Positions 13,440 through 25,222 are shown, counted from the whole stretch's first letter. The stretch is DNA of 63,100 nucleotides, filler included, from Phoronis australis (GCA_002633005.1; 6 parts of 6 records of this genome joined end to end with filler, not necessarily neighbours in it); one strand, 5' to 3'. Translations and numbers: made by a program. Notes: generated from the sequence alone by a model not told the origin.

Positions 13440-14100
13440 CTGGCAGAGAGGCAAACATCGAAAAAGATGCAACAGTGATAAAAATGGCCACTAGAGGGCA
13501 CAGTATACATGAAATCCATCTGAAAATTGGAATGTGTTGTTGATATATGTGTGAAATTTCATGAAAATCCACAATGTAACTTGGAATAGAGGTAAACGCA
13601 AAGAAAGGATTTTAAAATTGATACGAAGGGGTGCCATAGTAGTTCAACCTTGCCAAAAATATGTCATATCAAAAGAAATCTGTGAAATTTCCTACTGATC
13701 CTTTGAGCTGTTCAGCTGACAGAGAAACACGACAAAACAGACATAAAAATAATAAAAATGGCCAGTAGATACTGAAGTGGTCAAATCCGTCCAAAAACAA
13801 AACAATGCTGGTGCAGTGACATCACATACTACTGTCAACTTTCATTAAATTCCATCAATCGGTTCTCTAGATATTATTGGGAAACGCTCTTCCTCCAAAA
13901 AATACAAAAAAGTGACACCCCCAGGTTAGGCAGGGAGGGGGCATATTGAAAAGTGGCATGAATCATTCAAGTGATGTCCTACACTCTTGTGCCAAATTTC
14001 ATCAAAATTCGACCAGGATCTTTGAGATATCAAACAGACACCCAGATGCAAAGACACCAGAACTGAGTGATGACAATATGCAATTATGTGGGTGCAAAAA
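13440..14100 (-). mobile_element. Degenerate Helentron-associated (HINE/DINE-1-like) element
   Basis: Head tgcacccacataattgcata on the - strand resembles the heads at 61402 and 58903; aaatttcatgaaaatcc and ggccactagagggcac subunits. Confidence 0.5.
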
Positions 14101-14726
14101 ATGCAATTGGTTCTAGTTTGCTCCTCCTCTCATTTTGACGCTTGCATGTGATTACATAAATTGCCTATTAACATGCATTCCATACAAGCATTCAATTTTG
14201 TTTTAAACTAATTACCGCTATAAAAATAGTCTCATTCCTAACTAAGATGCGAACTGACTTCTGGATTTGCAAAGAACTGACAGTTTCTCAATACTCGACA
14301 GCAAGCTCAGAGCATGAAATGACCAGACGTGACAAGCCAACTTGTAGACCTTGGTACCACACACTAACAAACTACCAGTTCATTCAAAGCTTGTCCCAAA
14401 CCCTAACTAACTACTAGTTCATTCAAAGTCCTAAAATGATCTCCAATTTGACTAACAAACAATTGGACATGTGCATATATCATTAAAATTTAATGAAACA
14501 TTCACATTTCCAAATCGTCAGTTTAGGATCATTGAAGCCTGTTTTGGATCACATAGCTCAATTTGTTTCTGAATTACAATTTGTGACAAGTTGTGACACA
14601 TCAAAGTTGAACATATCGCCTACATATTGTTAAGTGTTAGCTAAAATCCAACTCTATCTGTGAGACAAGTATCTTTAAAAAATTCAGGGCAGTCTGGACT
14701 CGTATTCTACACTATCACCACTACCA

Positions 14727-14894
14727 CTTAAATCATAGTGCGCCCGTCCCTGTTTCGGTCACACCAAACTTAAATCATAGTGCGCCCGTCACTGTTTCGG
14801 CCACACCAAACTTAAATCATAGTACGCCCGTCCCTGTTTCGGTCAAACCAAACTTAAATCATAGTACACCCGTCCCTGTTTCGGTCACACCAAA
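14727..14894. repeat. 42-bp minisatellite x4
   Basis: cttaaatcatagtgcgcccgtccctgtttcggtcacaccaaa head-to-tail, no spacers. Confidence 0.9.
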
Positions 14895-15256
14895 CTCTAT
14901 CCTTCTCAATCAAGTATTTCAGTTTCATGTTATAGAATTTCGATGAAAATACGTGAAATGATTAAATTTCAGATCTGCTCCTTTCAATGATACCACAATC
15001 ATCACCTACAAACCAATAAATATCGTCTGCTCTTTCCAATCATATCAAAATAATCATCTGAAAACCACTAAACAGTTAACTTCATATCGGATTAACATAA
15101 CCTTGTCGTGACTTTATTAACAACTAAACTGGATGATTTGGCTGGGGGAAAATTCAGCATTCTAATCAAAGTTCCATGGTTTATACCCTATTGAATAAAT
15201 TGTTTTTGTTGAGGTTCCTCTTCTGGAGTGGCTACATGACGGCAGGCAGGACTTAC

Positions 15257-15320
15257 CTTTGTTGGTGCCAGGGACTTGCGTGGCTATTAGCGGTTGTCTT
15301 TTTCGCCGCACTCTATGCAA
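15257..15320 (-). other. Exon of an unidentified minus-strand spliced transcript (reads LHRVRRKRQPLIATQVPGTNK)
   Basis: Near-consensus acceptor cttacttctccacag and donor AAG|GTAAGT; only one frame is open. Confidence 0.55.
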
Positions 15321-15881
15321 CTGTGGAGAAGTAAGAAAGACGATTTAATGCCTTTACTACTAAGCAGGCTGCTCTACTGGCTTTCAAACACTTCACAAAG
15401 TATATTTCTAGTATAATAGGCATAATTTAAACTTTGTTCATTTAGCACAATTTTACAGTGTTTGCAGGCAACCAGGGCAAATGACGTCGTATCTTCTGGT
15501 GCAAACAATGTAAAAATAGCCAGTTACCGAACTGGAAAACCGAACGAAGAACTGTTTAAAAACGTTTTGAATTGCAGAGTATTTGTTCGAGCTAAGAAGA
15601 GTTAAAGACACGAACGGTCTTCCATGGTGTCCCACTGTGCGCAAAAGGTACTTATAGTTACATGACTTTGATGGTTTAATCAATGTGAGGCATAATTCGC
15701 TGAATAGCTTGTATATGAAGGGCCTATGGAATGGCCGTCTCTATTGGGGCCAGTTGAAATGGTGGTACTGCCTAGCCGGTCAGCAGAGCGTGTTACCATT
15801 ACTAGACCTGTGTAAGCTCCGTCTGTGCTGCTTTCACTCGTTGGGACAGGCAGACAGTATTGTTTGATTCATTTTGGAATA

Positions 15882-16823
15882 CCGTAATCGTTCGGGTTAA
15901 CGCCCTGGGCGGTTAAATTGGCGAACCCAAAAAATCGGGGGTGGGCGGTTAACCAGACATGGGCGCTTAAACGTGAAATTTCAAGAAATCGGGGNNNNNN
16001 NNNNNNNNNNNNNNNNNNNNNNNNNNNNNNNNNNNNNNNNNNNNNNNNNNNNNNNNNNNNNNNNNNNNNNNNNNNNNNNNNNNNNNNNNNNNNNNNNNNN
16101 NNNNNNNNNNNNNNNNNNNNNNNNNNNNNNNNNNNNNNNNNNNNNNNNNNNNNNNNNNNNNNNNNNNNNNNNNNNNNNNNNNNNNNNNNNNNNNNNNNNN
16201 NNNNNNNNNNNNNNNNNNNNNNNNNNNNNNNNNNNNNNNNNNNNNNNNNNNNNNNNNNNNNNNNNNNNNNNNNNNNNNNNNNNNNNNNNNNNNNNNNNNN
16301 NNNNNNNNNNNNNNNNNNNNNNNNNNNNNNNNNNNNNNNNNNNNNNNNNNNNNNNNNNNNNNNNNNNNNNNNNNNNNNNNNNNNNNNNNNNNNNNNNNNN
16401 NNNNNNNNGAGGTGTAGACGCCAGCGCGGTTCCTAAAGTTTGCGAACATGAGAAGAAAAGAAAGTGACAAAGTGTTCAAGTATTACATTTTGAAGTTAAT
16501 CGATGACCCGTTACAATAATTTGTTACTGGTATCATAATTCACATTGCTAAACCGCGGTCTCTGAGGCCGTCGTTGCACTCAATGTTATCATCGATCTTA
16601 ATCTAAAAGGTCGGGGATTCGCGTTTCCTATTAGCACAGGGCGGTAATCACCAATCGTCAAAAGTAGGGGATGGGCGGTTAACCGAGCAGTGGGCGGTTA
16701 ATTGGAAATCTTCAAAAATAGCAGGGGGGCGGTTAACCGAGCAGTGGGCGGTTAAATCGAAATTCACCTAAAGTAGGGGGTGGGCGGTTAACTGAGCATG
16801 GGCGTTAACCCGAACGATTACGG
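15882..16823. mobile_element. Tc1/mariner-pogo-type non-autonomous element (contains the 414-N gap 15995-16408)
   Basis: TIR ccgtaatcgttcgggttaacgccc / gggcgttaacccgaacgattacgg flanked by TA on both sides; subterminal gggcggttaa repeats. Confidence 0.8.
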
Positions 16824-17253
16824 TAGTTAGTCTTCAGGTACTCTTCTGCAGCTCCACGTGTTCATTGGGATTCGCTTGTGTATTTCCACATGCTATTTCA
16901 TAATGGCGTCCAGCCTCAAACCCGACTATGTGTCCGCCATTACCATGGTTGCTCAAGATTTGGTGGAGAGGTTTGAGTTGTCTCAAGTAGTAGCAACTTG
17001 TTCGTAGAGAATTATGATGAATGAAGATGGTGAATGTGACTATATGCCATCTTTAGAAAGGTTTTCACCTGTTTTTCTATTAGTGAAAGGTCTGGCTTGC
17101 CTTCGAGACTAGGTGTTGTCCAATCCTATCCAGAGGTGGCGAAACCAGTTTGTATTGTAAATAAGAAGTCATCCTTTGTTCATACAGCAGTCGGTGAAAG
17201 AACGGTGGGTGACGGTAAACCAAAGGTTGGTCTTGAGCATAAATCAGTATTCT

Positions 17254-17382
17254 CTGTTGCAGGTAGTATTTCAGGGAAACCTGCCCTATGATTAGACTGT
17301 TGCAGGTAGTATTTCAGGGAAACCTGCTCCATGTTTGACTGTTGCAGGTAGTAGTTCAGGGAAACCTGCCCCATGTTTGACT
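17254..17382. repeat. 42-43-bp minisatellite x3
   Basis: ctgttgcaggtagtatttcagggaaacctgc... repeated three times. Confidence 0.85.
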
Positions 17383-17716
17383 ACGTTTTCTGCAACTAGT
17401 AGGGTAGCTTATGTTAAGCCAGAGATGACGAGACCAATACCTAACACCTACATTTAGGCACTTACGGGCGAAACTGGAGAAGCACAAGAGAATGGGTGGT
17501 GTAGTAATACCTAAGATTACCCGACCCGGGAACAGAACTAGCAACCCCCCCATAAAACCAGCGAGCATGCTAACCATTCAGCTAATAGGCAATTTCCTGT
17601 TAGCCTGTGGCTAACAGAGGCTCATATGATTCACCAGAAGCACATCTACAACATTCTCTCTTTCCTACGGAACAGGCGCACCACCAGGAAGGTGAACACC
17701 AGGATGTCTCGCATAC

Positions 17717-17806
17717 CTTGGTACCTTCACCACCACAACACAAGTGAACACACGGTTGTGTCTCATACAGGTCATCGACTCCTGCAACTTTTTCCATCAC
17801 CATAAC
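17717..17806 (-). other. Candidate upstream exon of the same minus-strand transcript (ATG 17803, MVMEKVAGVDDLYETQPCVHLCCGGEGTK)
   Basis: TAG acceptor with a weak pyrimidine tract; donor AAG|GTATGC; phase 0, compatible with 15320. Confidence 0.35.
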
Positions 17807-18118
17807 CTAGACTTGGTGCAAAGCTGCATACTAAATATACAGCTTTGTGCCGATATGGGTAAAAAACTGACCAGATCAAATCTGACACAAAATTAGTGTC
17901 ATTAAAAACTTCACTCTTCCTTGAGTAAACTAAATTATTGGAAAAATTGGCGTTTCACCAACATTCTTCTGCTAAAGTTTTGGAGCGATCCTTTGCATCA
18001 GCTTTCCGCGCCATGAAATATTGCGTCACCCATTGGCCAGTTTGTCACGTAAAGTCACGATGTTGATAACTACGCTTAGCCGCCAGTAGAAAAACTATTG
18101 AGTACTTCCTTAACTCAC

Positions 18119-18549
18119 CGGCAATTTCCGTACCGTCCTTGACCTCGACGGGCCCAGGGTGGAAGTGTGTGGGGGCTTTTTGTGAACATTTTTGTTCTTT
18201 GACTGCGAATTTCTTACAAAGTCGCCGTAAGTCGTAACAGGACACCGTGAATGGTATTGGGAGAAAGAACAATTCTTTATGGTTTGTTGAACCCCTGTTT
18301 TGTGTAAATTTATTGAGTTTTATGTTTGCTATGGACGGCTGAAGTGAAGCACCCGTGGAATTTCAAGTCCGAAGTGTCATACCTTGTAGTATTATTATTG
18401 GGGACGATCAGAAGCTGATGACGTCTGTAGATTAGCCTATCCACAATGTAAACAAACCACATGACTGTTTAAACCAGCGCTACATAGTGTTAGCGAAGCT
18501 TGGCCATGCGTATTTCACACTGCGCCACCTGTTTGCGGTAAAGCCTTGG
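18119..18549. promoter_or_regulatory. Putative bidirectional promoter / first-exon region
   Basis: Outward-facing consensus donors: CCG|GTGAGT on the - strand after 18119 and TGG|GTGAGT on the + strand after 18549. The copine ATG exon has an acceptor and so needs an upstream non-coding exon. Confidence 0.4.
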
Positions 18550-20206
18550 GTGAGTTTGTACCTTTTGCAGATTCACCACACAGATTCTCAGTCATAGTTC
18601 TTACCCTTGCAAACTGTTTTCTGAACGTGGCCTTGCCCATAGTGGAATTTTAAATCAAAAAGCATCTTTAAAAACAATTAAAGTGTTAACTAAAACGCCC
18701 ACACACTCCACTGTTCACAATGGACCACTTTAATTACATTTGTTACTTACTTCGAAAATCTCGACTCCGATGCACTTGCAGTCAATATGGCTATCTTCCA
18801 CGACACTCCAAAACGTACATTATGAAAGACGGCTTTTTTATTTTTATTCATTTATTGTAAGTTTTGAGGTATTTAGAATATGTTATAATTAATTTCATTA
18901 ATCAATATTTCATTAAATTTTAACAAAATTTTTGTAAATGAAAATATTAAATAGTAATATTGGAGTGCAGACCGCATCAGAGACACCTCGCTGGTTCCCT
19001 GCGTGCCGCTAGCTGTGGCTCAGCACGCAGGGGACCAGCGAGATATTAGTGGTGACTACAAAGACTGTCTCTGCTATTCATACGGTAACTGTAAATAAAC
19101 TGCGTGAGAAGCTGATGTGGCCTCTCGCATTTGTAGATACGTGCTGTTTCTGCAAATTTCTAAGTTTGTTATATTTAGACCATATTTCACCCTTTCAATC
19201 ATCATTTATCTCCTATACGGTATGTACGATACGATTTAGCAACGGCATTAAATTTAAGAGCTGAGTATTGACACCTGACCTGTGTCTGTGACAACACAGT
19301 ACAATTCACTACAATTGTCAATTGTTATACTTGTCACAGCCACAGGTCAGCTTCCGATGGAAACTGTGTTGTCATTTGGTAGTGTGAGGCAATTTTCAGC
19401 AGAAACACCATGAGGCAGTGAGTGTGTACCTAATTTGTTCTTTCTCATCACTTTTGTGTGTGATTAGTACCTAGCTCAGTCGGATGCAATACACAGACCC
19501 AGATANATGGAACAACAATGGCCGCCAGTGGCCGTCCAATAGGATTTCGCTAGGTGAAACGTCTCCCTCTAGACGGTCTCTGTGGTGACTATAGCCAGAG
19601 ACCGTAGAGAGGTTAGCGTCTTTGCTATAGCAGAGACCGTAGAGAGCGTCTTTGACTATAGTCTCCTACACAGACCCACGAGATTGGTTGGCCTTCACAA
19701 GTTATCCGTGACGTCATCTTGTGAGGCCCGGGAACCAGGTTAGTGGTGACTATTCATACGGTAACTGTAAATAAACTGCGTGAGAAGCTGATGTGACCTC
19801 TCGCATTTGTAGATACGTGCTGTTTCTGCAAATTTCTAAGTTTGTTATATTTAGACCATATTTCACCCTTTCAATCATCATTTATCTCCTATCCGGTATG
19901 TACGATACGATTTAGCAACGGCATTAAATTTAAGAGCTGAGTATTGACACCTGTGTCTGTGACAACACAGTACAATTGTTATACTTGTCACAGCCACAGG
20001 ACCACAGGTCAGCTTCCGATGGAAACTGTGTTGCCATTTGGTAGTGTGAGGCAATTTTCAGCAGAAACACCATGAGGCAGTGAGTGTGTACCTAATTTGT
20101 TCTTTCTCTTCACTTTTGTGTGTGATTAGTACCTAGCTCAGTCGGATGCAATACACAGACCCAGATACAAACAAAGTGGCCATGTTGTCATATTGATAGT
20201 AATATC

Positions 20207-20309
20207 CACAGGCGTCCTCAGCTTCTGATCGTCCCCAATACACTACATAATACTACTGTAGTATTATATGTAGTGTATTGGGGACGATCAGAAGCTGAGG
20301 ACGCCTGTG
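20207..20309. mobile_element. Fully palindromic ~103-bp MITE with 8-bp TSD
   Basis: CACAGG...CCTGTG arms pair over nearly their whole length (one 2-nt indel); GTAATATC at 20199-20206 and 20310-20317; partial copy at about 18387-18430. Confidence 0.85.
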
Positions 20310-20877
20310 GTAATATCATGAACTCACCCTCCACGCCTCCACATTATTTCTTCGAGTCAACTCTCAAGACCTCCACTTCTCGGAAAGAACAAAAAACGAT
20401 ATCAATCACAATGTGAAATCATTAAAATGAATTTTGAGCAGTGCAAGAACAATTTTATGAAGCGAACGATCAAGGGTGAGGATTGTTTCAGGAAGGAGTT
20501 GAAATTTTATGCTGTACTTAAGTACTTACCTAACTGTAAACTAACTATACACCTTTACTCGTGTGCTACTACTTTGCAGGAACCACCTATGGCAAGACAG
20601 GGACGCCGTTTGGGGCCAGCACATGGCGCAATACCTGAGTGACAAGATTTTCACCAGCATTCATATGGCACAGCGCCTAAGTGACGATATTTTCTCTGTC
20701 ACATGCTCCACACTACAGTTGGTGCTTTCCAGAATTACATGTGGTTGACATTTGTGTTACTCTTACAAATAAACAATAATTCAGGTGTCAGCAAGACTGA
20801 CCTGTGGTCAGAATAACTCTTTACAGGGATTTCGATCCTCAACATATCTGTTGATTGAAGACTATTGAGTTGAGATC

Positions 20878-21028
20878 ATGTGTTTTATCATTGCTCTTAT
20901 CATCTTCATAGTAGTTTTCTATTACTACTGCTTCTGTAGTGGTAACGATGAAAACAAAGAGTCCAAGGAACATGGCCAGTTTAAGGCAACTCTATACCCG
21001 GATTTATCCAGTTTCTTCAGAAGTACAT
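20878..21028 (+). CDS. Copine/RGLG-type vWA protein, coding exon 1 (hydrophobic N-terminal anchor plus Cys cluster)
   Basis: Acceptor ttacag at 20826; in-frame stop upstream of ATG 20878; MCFIIALIIFIVVFYYYCFCSG...FFRST; donor T|GTAAGT in phase 1, matching the next exon. Confidence 0.7.
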
Positions 21029-21114
21029 GTAAGTTTCTTTCTGAATTTCAGTTTTTGCTGAAATAGTGTTAGATATGGCGATTACTTTAAATTTCTGTAT
21101 GTATTGGGTACATT

Positions 21115-22085
21115 CAAGCCTTTATGCAGCATAAAGTCCTGGGCATCCATTGGTCTGGCACTAATCTGGACACCCTGGCAACGATGCGGATGTGCCATTT
21201 GGACGCCCTGTCAATCAGAATTTCTCCCATTTGCCAGTCACACTGCAAGATTACTAGGACTCCAAGTTAATGAAAGAGAGATGTATAAAATGTTCCAATG
21301 TTCATACTATTTTAGTAGACCTGTCAATCATGAGCACATGTTTGGTTGCCAGAGTGTCTGCTTTCAGTGGTCTTATATCTCACTGCAATTCAGTATTTTA
21401 TACAGGGACACTGACCTTGGTTAACTCCAAGCTGGTGTTTAAGAGCTGTAGCTTAATGTTTTTCATCTTTTTTTAGAAACATCAAAAGCAAAACATATGG
21501 CATTATTTTAATAATATGATGTGCTATAAGAATATCCCCATTTAAAATGTTTTAGTTTGCACCCGTTTCATGTTTTTCTATGTGCATCTTAATATGGATT
21601 AGCAGTGACACCTGTTGCCAAAATATAAACCACATATCATCTTTGCTTTTTTCTTGCGTTGATAACTGCAGCTTTGATGACTCATTGTACAGAATATAAA
21701 GCTAGTTAAGATGATATGATAAACTTTATAACAGCACTTTGACTTGAGATCACCAGAAACAGTGCACTCATCGTTCAACCAATATCTGTAATATCTGTAA
21801 TACCTGTTTGGTGACTTATTTGGCTTTTTTTCGTAAATTTAGACATAAAAGTCTTGATCCACACATTTTTTTCAGTAAAAAAGCTCTCTACAATGGAGCT
21901 GTTTTTGTAAACTTACATGTAAACGCCTTGTTCAATGCATAAAACTTACTGTTTGTGGAGGGAGGGGGTAACTGGTGAATGGTGGTGGGGAATGGGTGTA
22001 ACGCATCGTTGAAATCATGGACACCCTGGAATATTGGGAACCCCATTTTGGACGCCCTATTTTCGAAATCCTGGGTAAAGCCCTG
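21115..22085. mobile_element. hAT-type non-autonomous element in a copine intron
   Basis: 8-bp TSD GGTACATT (21107-21114, 22086-22093); degenerate TIR caagcctttatgcag / ctgggtaaagccctg; ggacgccc/ggacaccc subterminal repeats. Confidence 0.75.
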
Positions 22086-22481
22086 GGTACATTACTTTAT
22101 TGTTAGTCTGGGGAACAGAAAGGAAAATCTCAGTGACTGAGCTAATCATTTTATGAACCATTACTTTGCAGTGAAGCAATTCCGTGCTTTATAGCATAGG
22201 TAGACTTAAGAAATTATTGGAGAATTGTAGTGATCTAGGCCTACTTCAAAATCGTAAATCTCAATATTATGTTATTTGGTGTGACTATAACTTCTCATGG
22301 TATGCATTTGGATATTTTACACAGTTTCACAATTAATAGTTTGAGCACAACCAAACTTATCCAAACATCACCAGCCATGCTCAAACATATACTTGACTCG
22401 CGAATTTTAATGTGTGTGTGTGCTTGTGTGCATCATAAGTATGTAACACAACCGTTACAACTAATATCGATGTGTTTTCAG

Positions 22482-22613
22482 GTACCAACAACAGTATTTT
22501 GGGTTTATATGGCTCTGCCTCACCAATTACTATCGCCGACCAATTCAGAACTCTAGAGGATGTCAGTGCCGCTATTCGACAAGCTGGCTTAGAGTCAAGT
22601 AATCTTATATTTG
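22482..22613 (+). CDS. Copine/RGLG-type vWA protein, coding exon 2
   Basis: ttttcag acceptor; IADQFRTLEDVSAAIRQAGLESSNLIFG resembles the plant RGLG / nematode CPNA AGLESSNLI.G motif; donor TTG|GTAAGA, phase 1. Confidence 0.9.
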
Positions 22614-23656
22614 GTAAGAGTCATATAATGTTTTACTTGCCAAGTCAAGTAATCTTGTATTTGGTAAAAGTCAAGTAATCTTCAGGGCTTGGAATTTTCG
22701 GCGGAAACGCGGATTTCCGCTTTTTTCAAATGTTCTTTCCGCGCATTTTATTATATTTCTGTGTAAAAAAAAATCGGATTTGATATAAAATCTCCGCGGC
22801 AAATTCCTTTCTTACCGCGGCGTTGCAGACGACGTTCACCTCGAAAACCGGAAGTTGCTCTTTATGTTTCGGAGGAACGTAAATTGTCAACATTGCCGGG
22901 GCATCTGGGATAGCGTGGTGGGATTTTCATGGCGTCTCGTGTTACTGTAAACCGCGGCGACAAATACTACGGCTCTGCAGCCAAAAGTGTGTGGATCGGG
23001 AGTGGACGGGCGACCTAAAAGGACGCAGACGCACGCTACTGATGGTGGTAACATTTTTTTTTTTAGTCTTCCCGATTTTTGTCGGGGAAAGGTTCACATC
23101 GACCATTTCAAGGCCGGGTAGTGCGCATGATTTGGGCCGTAAAAGTTTCCGCGTTTTTTGTCATTGGTCATTCCAAGCCCTGAATCTTATATTTGGTAAC
23201 AGTCAAGTAATCTTGTCTTTGGTAAGAATCAAATAATTTTGTATTTGGTAACATTCCAGTAATCTTGTATTTGGTAAGAGTCAAGTAATCTTGTATTTGG
23301 TAAGAGTCAAGGATTATATTTGGTAAGAGTCAAGTAATCTTGTATTTGGCAAGAATCAAGTAATCATGTATTTGGTAAGAGTCAAGGATTATATTTGGTA
23401 AGAGTCAAGTAATCTTGTATTTGGCAAGAATCAAGTAATCATGTATTTGGTAAGAGTCAAATAATCTTGTATTCAGTAAGAGTGTAATAATCTTGTATTT
23501 GGTAAGAGTCGAGTAATCTTGTATTTGGTAAGAATCAAGTAATCTTGTATTTGGTAAGAATGGAGTAATCTTGTATGTGGTAAGTGGCGAAGTAATCCTG
23601 TATTCGTTAAGAGTCAAGTAAGAGTCTAGTAATCTTGTGTTTGGTAAAAGTCAAGT
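22591..23656 (+). repeat. 26-bp minisatellite (~20 units) whose first unit is the exon 2 end plus splice donor
   Basis: Unit agtcaagtaatcttgtatttggtaag versus exon/intron junction agtcaagtaatcttatatttg|gtaag. Confidence 0.92.
22683..23182. mobile_element. 500-bp MITE (CAGGGCTTGGAAT TIR, 6-bp TSD) inserted in the donor array
   Basis: TIR cagggcttggaat / attccaagccctg; AATCTT duplicated at 22677-22682 and 23183-23188; removing it restores a perfect 26-bp unit. Confidence 0.85.
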
Positions 23657-24735
23657 GTCATAATTCTCCACTTATTTTGCAAAAAGGAAATAGCCGTGCC
23701 ATATTGAAATTTTCAAACCAGCCAGATGGTGATCGCGTCGTTGGTGGACATGCAGTCAGCGCCACATAGAGATCCCTTGTAATGCGGATGAGAGAATTCA
23801 ACCAAGTAGTAGTGCAAACAGCGTTTTAACAACTTTCCTGCTGTCATAATGCTCACAAATTTTCACTGATGTGCTGTGGCCTTACTAATGGCTTACGGAA
23901 AAAGGCAAACTTATTGAAATATCCGATAGACATCATGTCCCATACATTTCCCACTGTGATACGGGAATTGCGACTGCCTGGTTAGTGGTTACAATTGATA
24001 AAAGGTGAATTTCGATCCCTGTCGATGTCAAAAAGCAAATTAAATAAAATGGTGAACTTTACTAATCAAACAGTGGAAGTGGTGGACATTGGGATATATT
24101 TCTATGTTTTTGAATTAATGAACCACTATGTGTAGCAGTGAATTTTTGTCCACCAAATCTGAGTTGGAGTCAATGTCATTGCTCTATTAGAACTATTTTA
24201 GATGTATTTTTATTTCTTGTGATCATTCTAAAAACATATACTAGGCTCTAGAATGTACCAAACTGGTTCTATATTAATCACTAATATACTGGAATCTATT
24301 AGACTGTTCTCTACTATTTTATTGAAAACAAATTAAATCATCAGTGGCCTGACCTCATATGTCATGTCAATCTGCTAGCGAAAAACTAGAAAAGGTAATT
24401 AAAGCATAGAACTGAATCTAGGATCATTCTTCAACTGATAATATTTGTCCTGCTGATGTTCCCAATTTTCTCGATTACAATGAGAACCGTGAAGAGTTCA
24501 CTGTTTTGTTGCTGTAAATCTGATTCATGTCCATTTGATGTTGGTACATTTTCACCACCACTATATGTGGCTTGGAATATTTCAGTGCACGAAAGGCACG
24601 CAGTAAAAATAATAAAAATTTGGTCAAATAATACAGAAATGAAATAAGAACTGAGACTAAAATGTGGAATAAGTTAAAGTTTCTCTGTCTGTTCTCCAGA
24701 AGTCCACCCAAAAACAATGACTTTGTCTTTTGTAG

Positions 24736-24836
24736 GCATTGACTACACGGCCAGTAACCAACACCAGGGCATGAAGTCATTTGGTGGGAAAAGCTTGCAC
24801 ACCCTAAGCTCGACAACACTTAATCCTTACCAACAG
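24736..24836 (+). CDS. Copine/RGLG-type vWA protein, coding exon 3
   Basis: ttttgtag acceptor; (G)[26 protein letters not shown] contains the copine DxTxSN MIDAS-like motif plus SLH and NPY motifs; donor CAG|GTAACT, phase 0. Confidence 0.92.
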
Positions 24837-25222
24837 GTAACTTATTACTGTGTACAACACTCAATACTTACCAACAGGTAAAGTGATTTTGCTATTTTTT
24901 CTACGTCCTGACCATTTGTCCTGATGTGTCGAAAATCAGCCAGACAAAATTTGTCATGATTGCAGTATGACGACTAAGCTTTGGCACAAATTGACCAGTG
25001 ACAGGCAATACTTCCAAAAGGAGTGGTTATTTGCTTTGAACTGTCAAGTTTGCGACAAACACTAGAAGCAAAGAGAGCGAATTCTGTCTACACTATTTTC
25101 AGAAATAAATTGCCCAAATGTCTGGACTAATGTAAAATCAATCAGACATTTTGATAATAGATCAAGCCCAGCGTGATGGCTCATGCTTAAAAATTTCTTT
25201 TTGTGTGCAATTTCATCCCAAA

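Noticed and set aside
14727-14894. CRISPR-like appearance of 42-bp repeats (also the 26-, 29-, 41- and 49-bp arrays)
   Set aside because: Units are head-to-tail without unique spacers, there are no cas genes, and the sequence is eukaryotic.
15918-16479. Long ORFs of 164-172 aa
   Set aside because: Made almost entirely of the 414-N gap.
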